From assembly GCA_030141605.1 (NCBI GenBank), contig JAQGDQ010001169.1, forward strand, positions 1 through 57,696: DNA of 57,696 bases, written 5' to 3'. The stretch comes from Tubiluchus corallicola (Eukaryota; Animalia; Priapulida). The position numbers and the translations under genes are program-made. Numbering within the stretch: position 1 is the stretch's first letter; every line of letters begins with the position of its first letter. The notes beneath the pieces are model-generated. The model was not told the origin of the DNA. It saw only the letters and a list, made by a program, of their open reading frames with translations, and ran no database searches. Shown here one piece after another: positions 36,361 to 50,326 of this stretch.

Positions 36361-36862
36361 TTAAAGGAAGACCAGACAATTGTTTAGACTCAATCTCATT
36401 TTAATTTACTGTCCAAAATATACATTTTCTTGCCTATAAAAGTTAACAGTTGTTCCATATACTTGAATAATTAGCTTAGAAAGTTAATTAACCGCAACTG
36501 AACACAGCTATTGCTTACGTCAGAAACTAACCACTGAGTGTTACTGTTTAAACGCGTAATGTCACGAAAAATGAGCTGTACATCATATGACGTCAGAAAC
36601 TAACACTGCAGTTCAGGATCATGGTTATCACGGCGCCGCCTTCTTTTTGTCGGCCATGCGCACGTGACGAAAAGGCGCCACTGCCAACCTTAGTAGATTC
36701 ACTGAGCCCCTCGTAGCTTTGAAAGTTTAACGAAATTTGAGTATCCGAAGTAATCATTATCTAATCTAAGCTTTGATTTAAAAAAGCTATTGTAGTTTTC
36801 AGTATTTTAGAGCATTCTTTATTCTAAACTCGTGTTCACACAATCATCCGGTTTTCCTTTAA
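36361..36862. mobile_element. TTAA-bounded MITE (Kolobok-like), copy 2
   Basis: TTAAAGGAAGACCAGACAATTG ... CAATCATCCGGTTTTCCTTTAA. Confidence 0.8.
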
Positions 36863-39351
36863 ATGGTAATTGAAAATGCCAGTCTGACCAGCGGGCTTAA
36901 AACAGGCAAGTCTTTCTGTCCTAATTTTTTTCACTTACGAATTTGACATGTAATACTGTAAATCTTTTTTTCTGAGCAAAATAAATACATGTTTAAACCA
37001 AGTATCTCTTGTCTGAGGTTTACTAGTATAAAACACCAATGCTTTGTTGTTTCAAAGAACGACCTAGAGTAAAATTTATTAAGTGAGATATAGTGGATAG
37101 TACGTTGTGTGAGCCGTGTGTAGCTGTTTATAAACGTTTGAGGAATGGAAAAGCTATTAAGACTTTATTTACGGAATAACACGTTTATTAAATATCAGCA
37201 CAATAAGTGTAATTTATACATAGCAATGCCAAGGCCCCTGATCAACGAGAGAGACGTTCCAACTTCCAGGTGTAACGTCATACCCAACTCTCCTGCCGGG
37301 CTGATGTCAGCGTCTTATATACGAGCGTCGTGCGCAGTCTGACAACTGGTTCAATTCTCGACCACGTGATCACGTGGTACCACTCCTTAGCTCTCCTTAG
37401 CTGGCTTCCTTCTACGAGCATCTGATTAACATAATTATTTAACATATAGTATAATTTAACAGGTTCTCTCCTCTCTATAATTTTACTCCTAGCCGTTCTT
37501 ACGGTGCAAGAGTTTCGCCCCGGAATCGAGCTTAGTAGCTCCTGCCAAGCCAATGAATTAAAGTCGTTACAGCAATCACTGCACTTAATCAATTATTGCC
37601 AATTACGGCAATCGTCTCACTCCGTTACCTGCTCATTACTCTCAGTTACAAAATGCTGCAATCAATAACGTATAATTTTCAGTAGCAAGTGGACAGAAAT
37701 GCACCATTCCTGAGAATACTTGGTGTTTCGTTTTTTTTTTAAATTCATTTTACACGGAACATTGTACGTGCTAATCTGGATTTTCCTCGAGTTCTCTGTG
37801 CTTCGGCACAGTTTTCAAAAATGCCTTGAAATCATTTAGACTTGTGCGTCATCCAACGGCAAATCTTACATTGCTGACCTTGAACCAGAAGCAGCCGAGA
37901 CTGCAATTCCAATTGCTTCGTTTTAAGATAAATAAGCATATGTTGTATGTGAAACAAAAAATTCCATATAATTAGTAATTATACAGTCTGCTAGATATTA
38001 AAGGGCAAGAACACTGTTCGATAATAAAGCTTAAAAATTCATTTTGAAATTTTATATCGCTCACATGCTGTCTTATTGCATACAGAGCTTACATTAGCAG
38101 CAGTGCTGTACAAAGCTTGCAAATTTGAACTCTCGCGATGACAGATAGGTGCAGCCATTTTGATGGTCACTTCTGGGGTTCAAAAATTGAATGAAATTCA
38201 GATAGCACTGTGTAAAATTTGAAAAAATAATCAGAGCATTTATAGACGCTTCGCTAACTAAGCGAACGTATGAATTACTTTACCTTGTCAGTATGATGAA
38301 TGTGTTTTCTTGTGAACCGGTGGTGCACAGTGGGAAGGTGAGCCAGTGACGTTTTACCAAGTGACAAAAACATTTGAAGTTACTAAGAATTTTCTTTTCC
38401 AATTACATATGTCTTTCAAATAGGTGAGCATAATGCAAAGTAATTAACTTTTGACATACTTTAAATTCCTTTGTCTTTCCTGTAATGTTGTTACATTTAG
38501 GCCTCCTACATTGCCCTGTTTGTTCTTGAATCATATGCCCATACGGCTTATAGTGTCCGCAAAGCCACTAAATGTGAACACAAACTTCCTCTGGTAGCTC
38601 AATTTCTTGCATTCACAGCCCTCAGCTATCATATTGCACTGCACTATAACAAACTCACACAATGCAGGGAATTGTGGAAAGAATCCATGTGTCAATTATG
38701 TGAAACTGTCTGATTCAAGCCAATAAACTATGTTTAAAGTCAAAATAATGCTACACAATAATAAGCGTTATCAAACAAACATCGTAAATCGCAATCAAAT
38801 ATTTAGGAATTTTCCATCTCTTGCTTTCGTAAAAACTCACTTCACATAACCTTTCCTGAAAAGTAAACATAAACAGCTTCTTGGCACTGTTTTCCCAAGA
38901 TTCAAGTCCGACTGTTAAATATGAAAGAGTGCAATTAAAACTCGGTTCCACAGTTAATCTCAAACAGCTTTATTGATTGCTAAGCCTAACTTCAATTACA
39001 CAATTATCTGTTCATGCAAACATGTTGGTTTTAATTAAGTTTGAGCAGTCTCCCAATTGAAAGCTACTATAAGTAGGTCATATGGTGTGGGAATAGAAGC
39101 CTCTGTTTATTGTCATTTCCTGATATAGGATTCAGAATTGGAAATTAAATTGCCTTCTAAATTCAGCTTATTCAAGGCAAAGGGCACGAAGTGGCAAAGT
39201 GTTAGCGTAAAACTAGGTAAATGTATTCTCAATGTATTATATCCGTTTGAGTGTTATAAAGATGTTATGCTGTGCTGTTTTATGCCATGGCTGGCTTGGC
39301 TAGGTTATGTTGTGTTGTATTGCATTGTATACGTTACATTATTTTTACCTT

Positions 39352-40225
39352 GCCATCTTCCTCCCTGAGAATCCTGATGAAAACTAGAACACAATCAACC
39401 ACCTTTACTACTCCATCTTCCTCCCTGAGAGTCCTGATGAAACCTAGAACACAATCAAGCCACCTTTACTACTCCATCTTCCTCCCTGAGAGTCCTGATG
39501 AAAACTAGAACACAATCAAACCACCTTTACTACTCCGTCTTCTTCCCCGAGAGTCCTGATGAAAACTAGAGCACAATCAACCCACCTTTACTACTCCATC
39601 TTCCTCTCTGAGAGTCCTGATGAAAACTAGAACACAATTAAGCCACCTTTACTACTCCATCTTCTTCCCCGAGAGTCCTGATGAAAACTAGAACACAATT
39701 AAGCCACCTTTACTACTCCATCTTCTTCCCCGAGAGTCCTGATGAAAACTAGAACACAATTAAGCCACCTTCACTACTCCATCTTCTTCCCCGAGAGTCC
39801 TGATGAAAACTAGAACACAATCAAGCCACCTTTACTACTCCATCTTCTTCCCCGAGAGTCCTGATGAAAACTAGAACACAATCAAGCCACCTTCACTACT
39901 CCATCTTCTTCCCCGAGAGTCCTGATGAAAACTAGAACACAATCAAACCACCTTTACTACTCCATCTTCTTCCCTGAGAGTCCTGGTGAAAACTAGAACA
40001 CAATCAAACCACCTTCACTACTCCATCTTCTTCCCTGAGAGTCCTGATGAAAACTAGAACACAATCAAACCACCTTCACTACTCCATCTTCTTCCCTGAG
40101 AGTCCTGATGAAAACTAGAACACAATAAAACTACCTTTACTACTCCATCTTCGTCTCTGAGAGTCCTGATGAAAACTAGAACACAATCAAGCTACTTTTA
40201 CCATGTCATCTTCCTTCCTGAGAAC
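39352..40225. repeat. 61-bp minisatellite, ~14 copies
   Basis: Unit CCCTGAGAGTCCTGATGAAAACTAGAACACAATCAAGCCACCTTTACTACTCCATCTTCTT. Confidence 0.97.
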
Positions 40226-42719
40226 ATCAAGAGGATATTTCCAGGAAGTTTATTTACAGGATTTAATATCTCCAGGCAAGTAATTATAGAGATCCGAATG
40301 ACCTAGTTGCAGGTCCAGCGGAACACTTTAAAGGACGACATTTTTGGTGATCTTTATTTTATTGCTTTCAAGACATGGAAAAAGAAAAAGGTTGTTGGAA
40401 AGTTTGAGGGGAATAAATAAATGCAGAAGTGATAGAAAGGACAAAACTGTGACAAGAGGAACTGAGAGGTGAAGATGAACGGGTTTGGAAAAAGAGTGGA
40501 AAAATGTAGAGAGGTTGATGTATGATAGGTAGATACATACAGATGAATAGAGTGAGGGAGGAAGGGAGAGGGGTGAGGGACAGAGAGTTACTGAGGGAGA
40601 GATGTCTCATATCTTAGTACAAGAACAATATTTATTACTTTATGATTCAGCCTAAGTTGCTGATAATCCTGATTGTTCTGTTTATTTTGTTCAAGCCAGA
40701 ATATATAGTTTGCATAAACTTACTGTTTGTGGTGTGTTACAATTTTAGATCATTTTGCTGATTATATCGTTTGTTTGTCTGTAAAAGTCTTAAGGACTGA
40801 TTGAATTAAGTAGGTAAAGGTATTTTATTTTCCTAAAAAGTTACTCTTTTCCATAGTTATTTTACAATAGCATAAAATCTAGCAATTTTTAGACATGCTT
40901 ATTTATATTATTTCAATTTAATATTCATCTACCAAATGAACCAACAATACATCAATAAAAACTTTGATTAAACGCTTGGATACTTAAAAGATGTGTAAAA
41001 GAGATGAAAATTTGTGCAGTAAACAAATTTGAAGTGGCAGTAAACCAGTAAAGAACAGTACAGATAAAAATATTAATGATAATCTACATTAAAAACGCAC
41101 TTTTTTATGAAAGTATTAGCTCCTCTAGTGTTTCCACTTTGGGTCTACCAAACGTGCATTTCTTATATCTAAGGCACTCTTTTTCTCTTTGGTTGCAAGC
41201 GATTGTGAAGTGGATAACTCACCTACCTTACTCAGTAATTTTGCATCTTTCAATAATACTGCTTTTTGTCCTGCATCTGACTTTTTCACTTCCCATTTTC
41301 CATCTTTATTCCATATGTTTTCAATATATATCTATATATTTCCCCTATATATCAACCAGTTCCATAATGCAGAGGCGCATAATAGTGATGGCGCTACTAA
41401 TGAATGAAAAAGAACGTTTAGTCTTTGATTAATTAAGTTTGATTAACGGATTAGCTGACTGTTTGGTTAACTAACCGTTTGGTTGGCTAGCTAATTGATT
41501 GACGATCCCACCGAAGCTTTGCTTTATTTAAGTAATTTTTTAGATCAGAGTAGCAGCTGTCAGATGAAGAATCGTTGTTTTCAGTTTCCGGTTTTCTCCG
41601 TTGAAAGTTCAATCGTACAGATTCTCATACTATTTCTGCTGGTAAGAGAAGCTTAAACCAACATTGTGTAGAGTTAAATTGAGCCAAGCAGCAATCTGTC
41701 ACTGTAAAACTGTAGAAGTGAAGTTGAACTTCGCAACCTTGTTCAAACTAGAGAGCAAAACTTGTTGCGAGTTACTCTGACTCTCTGTGTTAACGGCGAG
41801 AAGTGTCGAGAGCAACTCGGAGAGGCGTTCACACTAGACAGTAACTTGCAGAAAATCAATTCGCACCAACTATCAGATAATTTGCAATAACTTACCGACA
41901 GTAATTCACAAAGCGGTTTGCACTTGCGAGTTTACTATCAGAATGAATGTGAACGCACCATTAGACTTGAAGCTAATGGTAAATGTCAATCATTTATTGT
42001 AAATGAAAGAGTTGAAATTGAGCCAGTCAACAGTTGTCACTGTAAATTTATAGAATTTAAAAAAAATCAATGTTCACAACAATGCTGGCATTATTCGCCA
42101 TTGTTTTTTGCTCACCCATGCGCAAGTACAATAAATGTCTGAGTAACTGGATTTACTAAATGTTGCATTAGCCAATATGATACGATTGTGATTAAATTGT
42201 GAGATGCACCTTGGACAGCTGCATTAGTTTTATTGTCTGGGGAAACAATGCAGCTGCAGTTTTAAAACAGTAATGCTCTAAATGTCTTATTGTGCACAAC
42301 TGTGCGAAGTAGGGCAATTATAATAATAACAATACTTAGCAAGCAGCTGAATGAGGGAAAATTCAATTTCTTCCATTTCTACTGAAAGCAATCCGAAGTA
42401 TTGTCCGTTCAATTATTATGGCAAACAAGCAATATAAATATAGCGCCACCTGCTGCTGAGATTTTTTATCTATTTGTGATCGGAAAAGCAGCAGCTCTTC
42501 GATCAAGAATCAGACGGGCGTTGAAAGGGCTTCATTGAAGCCTGAAAGGGAATGTCTTTTATGGATTTTTCGGGACTTACTTAGCGTAGATAGTTGTGGC
42601 AGGAACGGAACGTACTTCATTTTCTAGCACAATGTTTTAAAATTGTAGACTGAACTGACAGAGACGTCTTAGTCGCATTCAGTAGTATACGTATTCCCAA
42701 ACAACTGGTGGCAATTTTT

Positions 42720-42804
42720 TTTATTTGTTCATTCATTCAGTCAGTCGTTCGTTCACTCATTCATTCATTTGTCCATCCATTTATTCATTCGTCCGTTTAT
42801 TCAT

Positions 42805-42867
<63 letters not shown>

Positions 42868-42878
42868 TTCATTTATTG
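42720..42878. repeat. (TTCA)n/(TTTA)n microsatellite
   Basis: direct reading. Confidence 0.93.
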
Positions 42879-45149
42879 GAACACTGAACAATTCAATTCG
42901 CGTCTTTGTATTAGTAAAAAAGTACCGCATAAACAAATAAATAATTATTTACACACAAAACAATTTTCCTACTACGTGAATGTAAATAAAAAGGAAACAG
43001 TACTCAAAGAAATTAATAAGCCTAACTTGACTAAACTGCTTGGAAGCCGCTTATCTATTTATTCATCACACTCAGTGTTGTTTAACTTTTTTAACAAGGC
43101 TGAGTTGGTCTGTACTAATCGGTCAGTCTAGCTGCTTAACTGCACTGTTGATTTTTTTCGTTCCTCGGTAGTCGGGTTTCTGCGCTAAAATAGCTTAGTT
43201 ACCTTGTTTACAAAGTAAACTTGCTCCACTAGGGGTCGCTTTTACATGGCGACGACGGGAAGTATCCCTTCTGCAAATTTTCCGTGTACACGGCACACTG
43301 ATAGAGACCTTGAATACTAGCGACGTGTTTAGGTGAAGTTCACAGCCACCTGCTGCTAGGCTCCGTGACTGTTTGTGCAACCATTATTCGCCCCATGCAA
43401 GACGTCAAGCACTTAAATATAAATGCTATGTTTCTTCTGATGGCTGTTTTGGTGGTTACGATCCAAATGACGTCTTTTAACGCTGCTGTGCCTCGAGAAA
43501 TTGGCAACTAATAGAAGCTAGTTAGTCTCTAACGAGATTACAAGCTGCACCTATCCAGCGCCCATTTCTTGATGACCTGTGGGAGGCCAAGCTACCTGGA
43601 ACTAATCCCTAAACAAGAATACAGGTACCATTGTCAAGGGCTTTTCACCTGTGATTGGCCTAGCACTGCAGCGAACTCATGCCAGCTTCTAGCGCTTTGA
43701 TAATCCTTAAAACCGAGTGACCGCACCACACATGATAATCATTAATTGCTGAACCCAAAACATTTCTTACCTTGGAAATTCTCAACTACCGTGAGAAACA
43801 AACGGTGTTAAGAAAGCCAACAGTGAGTTACAATCAAGGAAAATAAGAAGAACAAAAAAAGCAGAAAATAGAAAATGTACACACAGGGCTTTATATAAAA
43901 TACGAACTTAAAATCTATCCGAGGACCGTGTAAAATTGCACGTTGTTTTAGAGATAATCAAAAAAATTAATATTGACATTTGTTAATTTTTCTAAAAATT
44001 ACTGTTCTAGCGATACCAACTATAGAATAACAGTGAGGAGATATGGTCGAGTGGTCACACGTGTACGGTTCATGCGAATGACTCTTTACCACCTAGGTTC
44101 AGGACTCGTTCTGGGTGAATTCATTCACCGTGTATATTTACCTCGTAAAAAGAAGATGCATATGCATCCACATGTGAGAGAAACGCCTCTGTCAGTTCAG
44201 TAACTCATCTTCGAAGTCTTCCTTTGATAATGGTCTAGATATCACTCTTGCCACAACCACTAAAATTTGGTAGGTACTGCAAAGCAGTCTTACTTCTCTT
44301 ATCATTTCTCTTCACAAAAACAACATAAAGTTCACCTGTGCTCGGGGAGCCCTATAATCACTTGCAGCCCCCAATAACTACCGCCATTTGGTTATGAAGC
44401 CATTTACGTGCTGCTCAAGTTTACATAATGAAGCCATAAATGATTATGCGCGAGACCTACATGGAATACATGAATTAAGGCTTCATAGTGTTTATTATAC
44501 TTGTGCTATTGAAGCATTGATGGGATTTAATGAAAAGGGAAGGCCATTGACCAAAACCCATTACACACGAACAGAAGAGTTACTCTGCTCATCTGTTTGA
44601 CCAGATCATCTTTGGTCATTTAATTTCTCTAGTGCATTTCCCCCGTTCCTCCAAGATCTACTTCCTGAACTAGCCATGGCCCAATGCATAACCTCTTTTT
44701 GACAAACGTAATACCTGGGTGAAGTGCTATGCGTACTTCCTAAGCTGCAACTAGTGTCACATAATTAACCATACTAATTAATGTTGATTAAATAGGGGTG
44801 GCTGCTAGGTGACCTCTTGGTCTTTCGCCACCCTGTCTCAATTATCGTAGCAGTATTATTCACATATAAATATTGTATATTGTTATATCGTGTAAAAGAG
44901 ACGAATAAATTGAATTGCTTAACTGAACAAGTTTAGCAATGTTTAGCCTGATGAGTAAAGGGGTTAATGAACAGTAGTTCATTCCGTGTGGAACAGTAGT
45001 TCTGGACAATTTCACCTGCTGCACAGCTTCTGGCTGTTTAGCTTGTTGAGTTCCACACACTCGAATGTAGCTTCTTTTCTGTCCTTTTGTGCTTGTCTTT
45101 TGCTATTGCACACACTGTAAACAAGAACCTACAACTACATAACGGAAAC

Positions 45150-45303
45150 TATTATTACCCCACTTTTACCCTAAATTCCTCGTTCCAGGCGGGGCAACAC
45201 CAGGTACCATTTTTAATGTCTTTGGTATGACCCGGCTACTGTATCGAACTCACGACCTTCCCGACGGAAAGCGAACGCGTTACCACTAGACTAAACCGTC
45301 TGG
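45150..45303 (-). mobile_element. tRNA-derived SINE (left-arm copy)
   Basis: Mirror of 52454-52607. Confidence 0.75.
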
Positions 45304-46254
45304 TTATTGTGGTATCTTATCCTTTAATTAAAGTGAAGTGCACGTCAGTTCGGTATATGACTACATGGTGTGGGCGGGGGACTATAGTTACCGAAGTTTT
45401 GAATTACAAGTAATAAAATGAAGTTGACTAGAGACTCAATTGCTACGCAGCCACCAAAAAGCCTTACAAAAACCTACTTTTAGCAATAATACGCAGAATG
45501 AATGTAAAAACTTACTTTCTCTAACAATAATAAACATCTCATACACAGCTTGAGTGCAAAAACTCAGTAAACGATCATGTAAAAACACTGTTCTGTTACA
45601 AAGTGTAAAATTGGACGGTTCTGTTTATTAAATATCATAGTTTATTGACGAACAACACAATACAATATACAATATAATGTACATAAAAAAATCACACAAT
45701 GCATCTCAACACTTGGGTATAATCGTCATCATTATTATTGAAAGAAACACTAGAGGCTAAACATTAAATAGTATTTACACGTTTACAAAAATAATATAAT
45801 TACAATTATACACTTTTGCTATCAATTGGATATGATTTTCTGTGGCTAAGATATCATTTTCTTCTTTTAAAACAGTCTGTAATATAATTTCAAATTAAAT
45901 TTGCAAATTCAATTTCATTTCCGTTCATCAGAAAGAGAAATTTTTCCTTTACCGTAAGATTAATAAAGTTTGGGAAAATTTCATTGACATGAAAAACAGG
46001 GTATGTCTTGTATCATTATAATAGTTACATTCAAGAATTAAATGATCTTCGTCACCAATTTTTGATCTTTACAAAAATGGCGTAGTCTGTTGTGAAGAGG
46101 GATCTATTTGTAATATTTTTGTTTGTAAAACTTGTGCAAATCCCGGCAGATGCGCAGCACGTGTGTCTGGGTTAGTAATATAAAAGTACATAAAAACAGT
46201 ACGTTTTAATTACAAAACTATATCAACGTTTTAAATAAAATATATACACGTGTT

Positions 46255-46627
46255 CAGGGTCGGATTATGACCTTTTGGGCCCTAGGCTAGTGAAATTATG
46301 GGGCCTCTCAGACTGAGCCTACCATCCAACCCACTCGCATCCGTCTTGAATAGTTTTTACTTGTAAGCGAGTAATATTTCAGCGACATTCACGTAGCTTG
46401 AAGTAAACTTGTTCCAAATTCTTTAAAAAGAAACTAGAATGGTTCTTAAGTTTGTCAATAAAAATGTTCTTTACGGAATGTACCACTAACTTGCTATTCA
46501 TTGCAAACCATATTAGCGCATAATCCAACACAATCGTAGTGATAAACGGTTTCTTTATCAAATGTTACCAAAGCTTGAGAAGCCGTAAGGTGCAGCCTAT
46601 ACTGGCCTATAAGATCATCAGGCCCTC
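46255..46627. mobile_element. hAT-type MITE (mirror copy at 51106-51478)
   Basis: CAGGGTCGGATTAT ... ATCATCAGGCCCTC ends; TSD CACGTGTT / CATGTGTT (7/8). Confidence 0.75.
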
Positions 46628-48425
46628 CATGTGTTCACAAAAGCTTTGCTTAAAACACTGTTTCCTGTTCTGCAATTATGTGTTTTAATCTTACTTCCAA
46701 AGTTACAATTATTAATGCATTTATGATTTAAATAGTGCAGTCCGCCTGTCTAATTACTAATCACGCGAGTAAAACTCGACTTCATTAAAATTTTAATCAG
46801 TCATCGATTATCGATTAATTACTATACTACGTAGTAGACTTTCTGATGTGTTATTAAATGTTAGATTGATTATAAGAAGCAATTCAATCAGCGCATATGC
46901 TCCAATACAAACCAAATGTGCAATTAAAGATTGGATTAATTAAAAAATCCATTTATACTGCAGTACAAATCGTACTTCTCCTGTGAAATTAGTCCATTAA
47001 ATATAAAATGACAATTTAGTCAAATTATGCATTCCAGTACAAGCTCAATATCTGATGTGGAATTAAATTTATAAAATAAAATTAATCGGACTGTATACCT
47101 CATTGTCATCCCACTTTGCAAAGCTTCTGACATCACGAGACTCTAATAACAATATTCACTGATAGCTTGGCACACATAGACTACTCTATCCCATCAACTC
47201 TAACTCAGATAGCAATTCACAGCAGCACAGCTCCTACACACGTCCTATATCACTCACCAAACTCTAATCATCGCTAACCAGCACGTGGATTATGTGCATC
47301 GGGAGTGCTGCTACTTCCTGAAGCCTAATCAGGGACGCAACCATTCTCTGGTAGGGGTTGGGATGATATGTGTTACCCTATTCTGCATCCAACATACAGA
47401 AATAGTTATTCTCCTACAGGGCAGGGAAGACGAGTCTGATCTCATACATTGTTCTGCATCAAACATATAGAAATAGTTATTCTCCTACAGGGCAGGGAAG
47501 ACGAGTCTGATCTCATACATTGTTCTGCATACATGGCATTATAGAAATAGTTTAGAATTTTAGTAACTACTAGTACCAGATCTTTTAGATGATCTCTTGG
47601 TTGCAAAGATGCTTTTATAGTATTAGCAAGCCTTGAGTTTGCTGGAAGCAGCGTACTAGGTCAAAGATCTAATACCTCTTCGTAATGGCCACATGGCCAT
47701 TTAGACCTTTTAAATTGATAGGGTGTCAAAACTGTGCAAGTTTGGCCAGTATGGAAGTCGAAGATCATATAAACGTATGTTTACAACACCCAAGCTTGTT
47801 TACTCAGACACACCACACATTTAGGAGGCATTTTTTTTTAAAAAGTGCAAGACTAAAAGATAAGACACCACTTTTATTACAACAAATGTTCCATTACAAA
47901 AAACATCAGTTTTTCTTTCTGGTAGTCCCGTAGTAAGTTAAGAACATCAAGTTATTTTTATCTGGTGCAGCAATATATTGGTTCCAACTGTTTTAATTAT
48001 TCTAATTAATACTTAAACGGTATGTATATTTTATTATCTTCTTGCCAAAGTGCACTCTTGTAAATCTTACAGCCGGAGGAAACCCGATTAGCATTATTTT
48101 CTGTTTGCCAAAGGGCAATTATTTCAAATAAATATGTTTATAAAAAACACCAGTATCAATAATGAAATTCAGCAATTTTATTAACAGCCTTTCGTGTGAA
48201 CATAGACAAATGGCTGATAATTTTTTTCATTAAACGCCAATTTATTACTCGCATTTACGTGAAAATGCCAACAGCATCAGTAACATAATAAATTATCTGC
48301 ACCACATGCAAATAACACCTGTTATTAGTTTCCTTTTGCTGTCCAGAAACGACACAACGCTGAATTCATTTGACAGGAGAAGCCAGGCGATATTGACAGA
48401 TGTAAAAGGTGAACCGGACAACAGG

Positions 48426-48850
48426 CAGTGGCGTATCAAGCCTTCACGCCCCCCTAAGCTGACAGTTCTGTCTCGCCCATCTCTATTGTGAATTTATGGT
48501 TGTTTATGTAATGAGCAGATTGAACAATTACTTGTGGTGTATTAGAAACACTATTAACCTAGTTACTACGTGGTCATTATTAATTGCATTTATTTGTATA
48601 GCGCATATATTTGAGCAGGCTGCATAACTGCTTGTTGTGTTATACCTTGCACTTGTTCGTTATGTTGTGTCTATATAAAATTTGCTCTCACAAACTGCCT
48701 GTAGTGTGTTATAAAATGCTCCCCCTTACCTGAATATGAAGGTATATGTATTTTCCGAGGATAAAAAAGGTTTTTTTTCTAAAATGTGACGCCCTCAAAC
48801 TTTGGCGCCCTAGACTATACCGTAGTTGCCTATTGGTTAATACGCCTCCG
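48426..48850. mobile_element. hAT-type MITE in the palindrome spacer
   Basis: CAGTGGCGTATCAA ... TTAATACGCCTCCG ends; perfect 8-bp TSD ACAACAGG (48418-48425 and 48851-48858). Confidence 0.85.
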
Positions 48851-50326
48851 ACAACAGGTATATATTATGGTTAAATATGCACACGAGGCAGATTTCCTCA
48901 GCAGCGTTTATTACATCCCCAGGGGTAGTTCCAGTGAACTAACTGCTATATCATAGCTGATAACACGCGTAAGTTTAAGCTTTGAGAAGCTAGTCGGATT
49001 ACATATGAGCCATTACAGATCCCATTGGCACATGTGCATCTATGTTATTGTAAGGCAATCATGGAAAAAACTGTGAGCCAAGATCTTGATGCAGCAGTTC
49101 ACAAGGTGAAGAACACCAATTAGTCCAAATGCTCCGGATTTAGTTAAAGGAGAAGAAACACTTCTCACAAATAAAGTTTAAAATATTGTTTTGACATTTT
49201 GTGTAATTTATGTGCCGTTAATGCATACAGTGGTTGCGTTATCAATAATGCTCTATAAAACTTGTACATTTAAACTCCCGCGATGACTGTCAGGCACAGC
49301 CATTTTGACGGTAAGTCATTTCAAACAAGTTTAAATAACATTGCGAAAAGTATGAAAAATAATCAGCGACTTCGTAGTGCATTCTTCACTAACTAAGTAA
49401 TAGTTTAAATTACTTTATATTGACAATAAGATCAATAATGTGTTTTTGGTGAATCCGTGCGCACTTGGTGAAACAGTGACGTTTTACCAGATGGAGCAAA
49501 GATTTTAAATTAACAAGAATTTTCTTTTCCAATTACATGGGTTTTTCAAACAGCCAACTCTAACGCTAAATAGTATAACTTTGTATGTTTTTTGGGGGGA
49601 TATACTTTGAAATTGCCTTTTCTTCCCCCCTCTAAGAAATCGATCAATATTGATTTTTTGACACATAATAACAAATGCAAACATGATCATGTGACACGAC
49701 TAATCAGTATTTGAAAAGGCAACCAATTGAATTTCATGCAAACTTTGATTAAAAGGTGCCAATATTTAGATCCTATTTAAAAGACAGAAAGAATTTGATC
49801 CATTACTTATGTCAAATGTCAGCTACATAGCACACAGCATCCCCATTTAATGTATATTAGATATCATAAAGCTACAGCGTCTATTAGATTTTAAGAAGCT
49901 GCGGCATTTCTCGCCCCATACCTGTCACTGAATGGTTTTGTCCATAATTGGCTTCTTAAAGCAACAGCTTCCTTAGATTCCCAAACTGTCATTAGCTGTT
50001 CTACCTGTGATTAGACCGCAGGAAGCAGCAGCAATTACGAGGCCATATAAAACATCCCACCCCTTCCGAACAATGGCTATGTCCATGCTATGTCCATGCT
50101 TAGGCTTCCTTAAAACGAATACTTAGCCATCACCTCACACAAATGGCTGGTACCATTAATTTGTGCTCATCACCTCACCCCTACTACAGAATGGCTATGC
50201 TTACATTTTGGCTGCACACTACAGCGGCATGCAAGCAACAAGTATCATCCCAACCCCTGCTAAAGAATGGCTGCGTCGATGTTGAAGTTTTCAAGTCTGG
50301 AAGACCTTTCATGCAATGGATGTATC

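Larger units (their letters stand above)
44841..47435. repeat. Left arm of large inverted duplication (~2.6 kb)
   Basis: Reverse complement of 50327-52916. Identical ORF translations appear on opposite strands (44860-45060 vs 52697-52897; 46379-46561 vs 51172-51354). Confidence 0.97.

Noticed and set aside
37271-37650. Possible solo LTR (TGTAAC...GTTACA); similar TGTGGC...GCCACA at 30358-30634
   Set aside because: No matching 4-6-bp TSD at the candidate ends and no second copy in the window.
39352-40225. Regular arrays (also 34788-35260 and 27590-28050) as possible CRISPR
   Set aside because: Units are head-to-tail with no unique spacers, there are no cas genes, and the context is eukaryotic.
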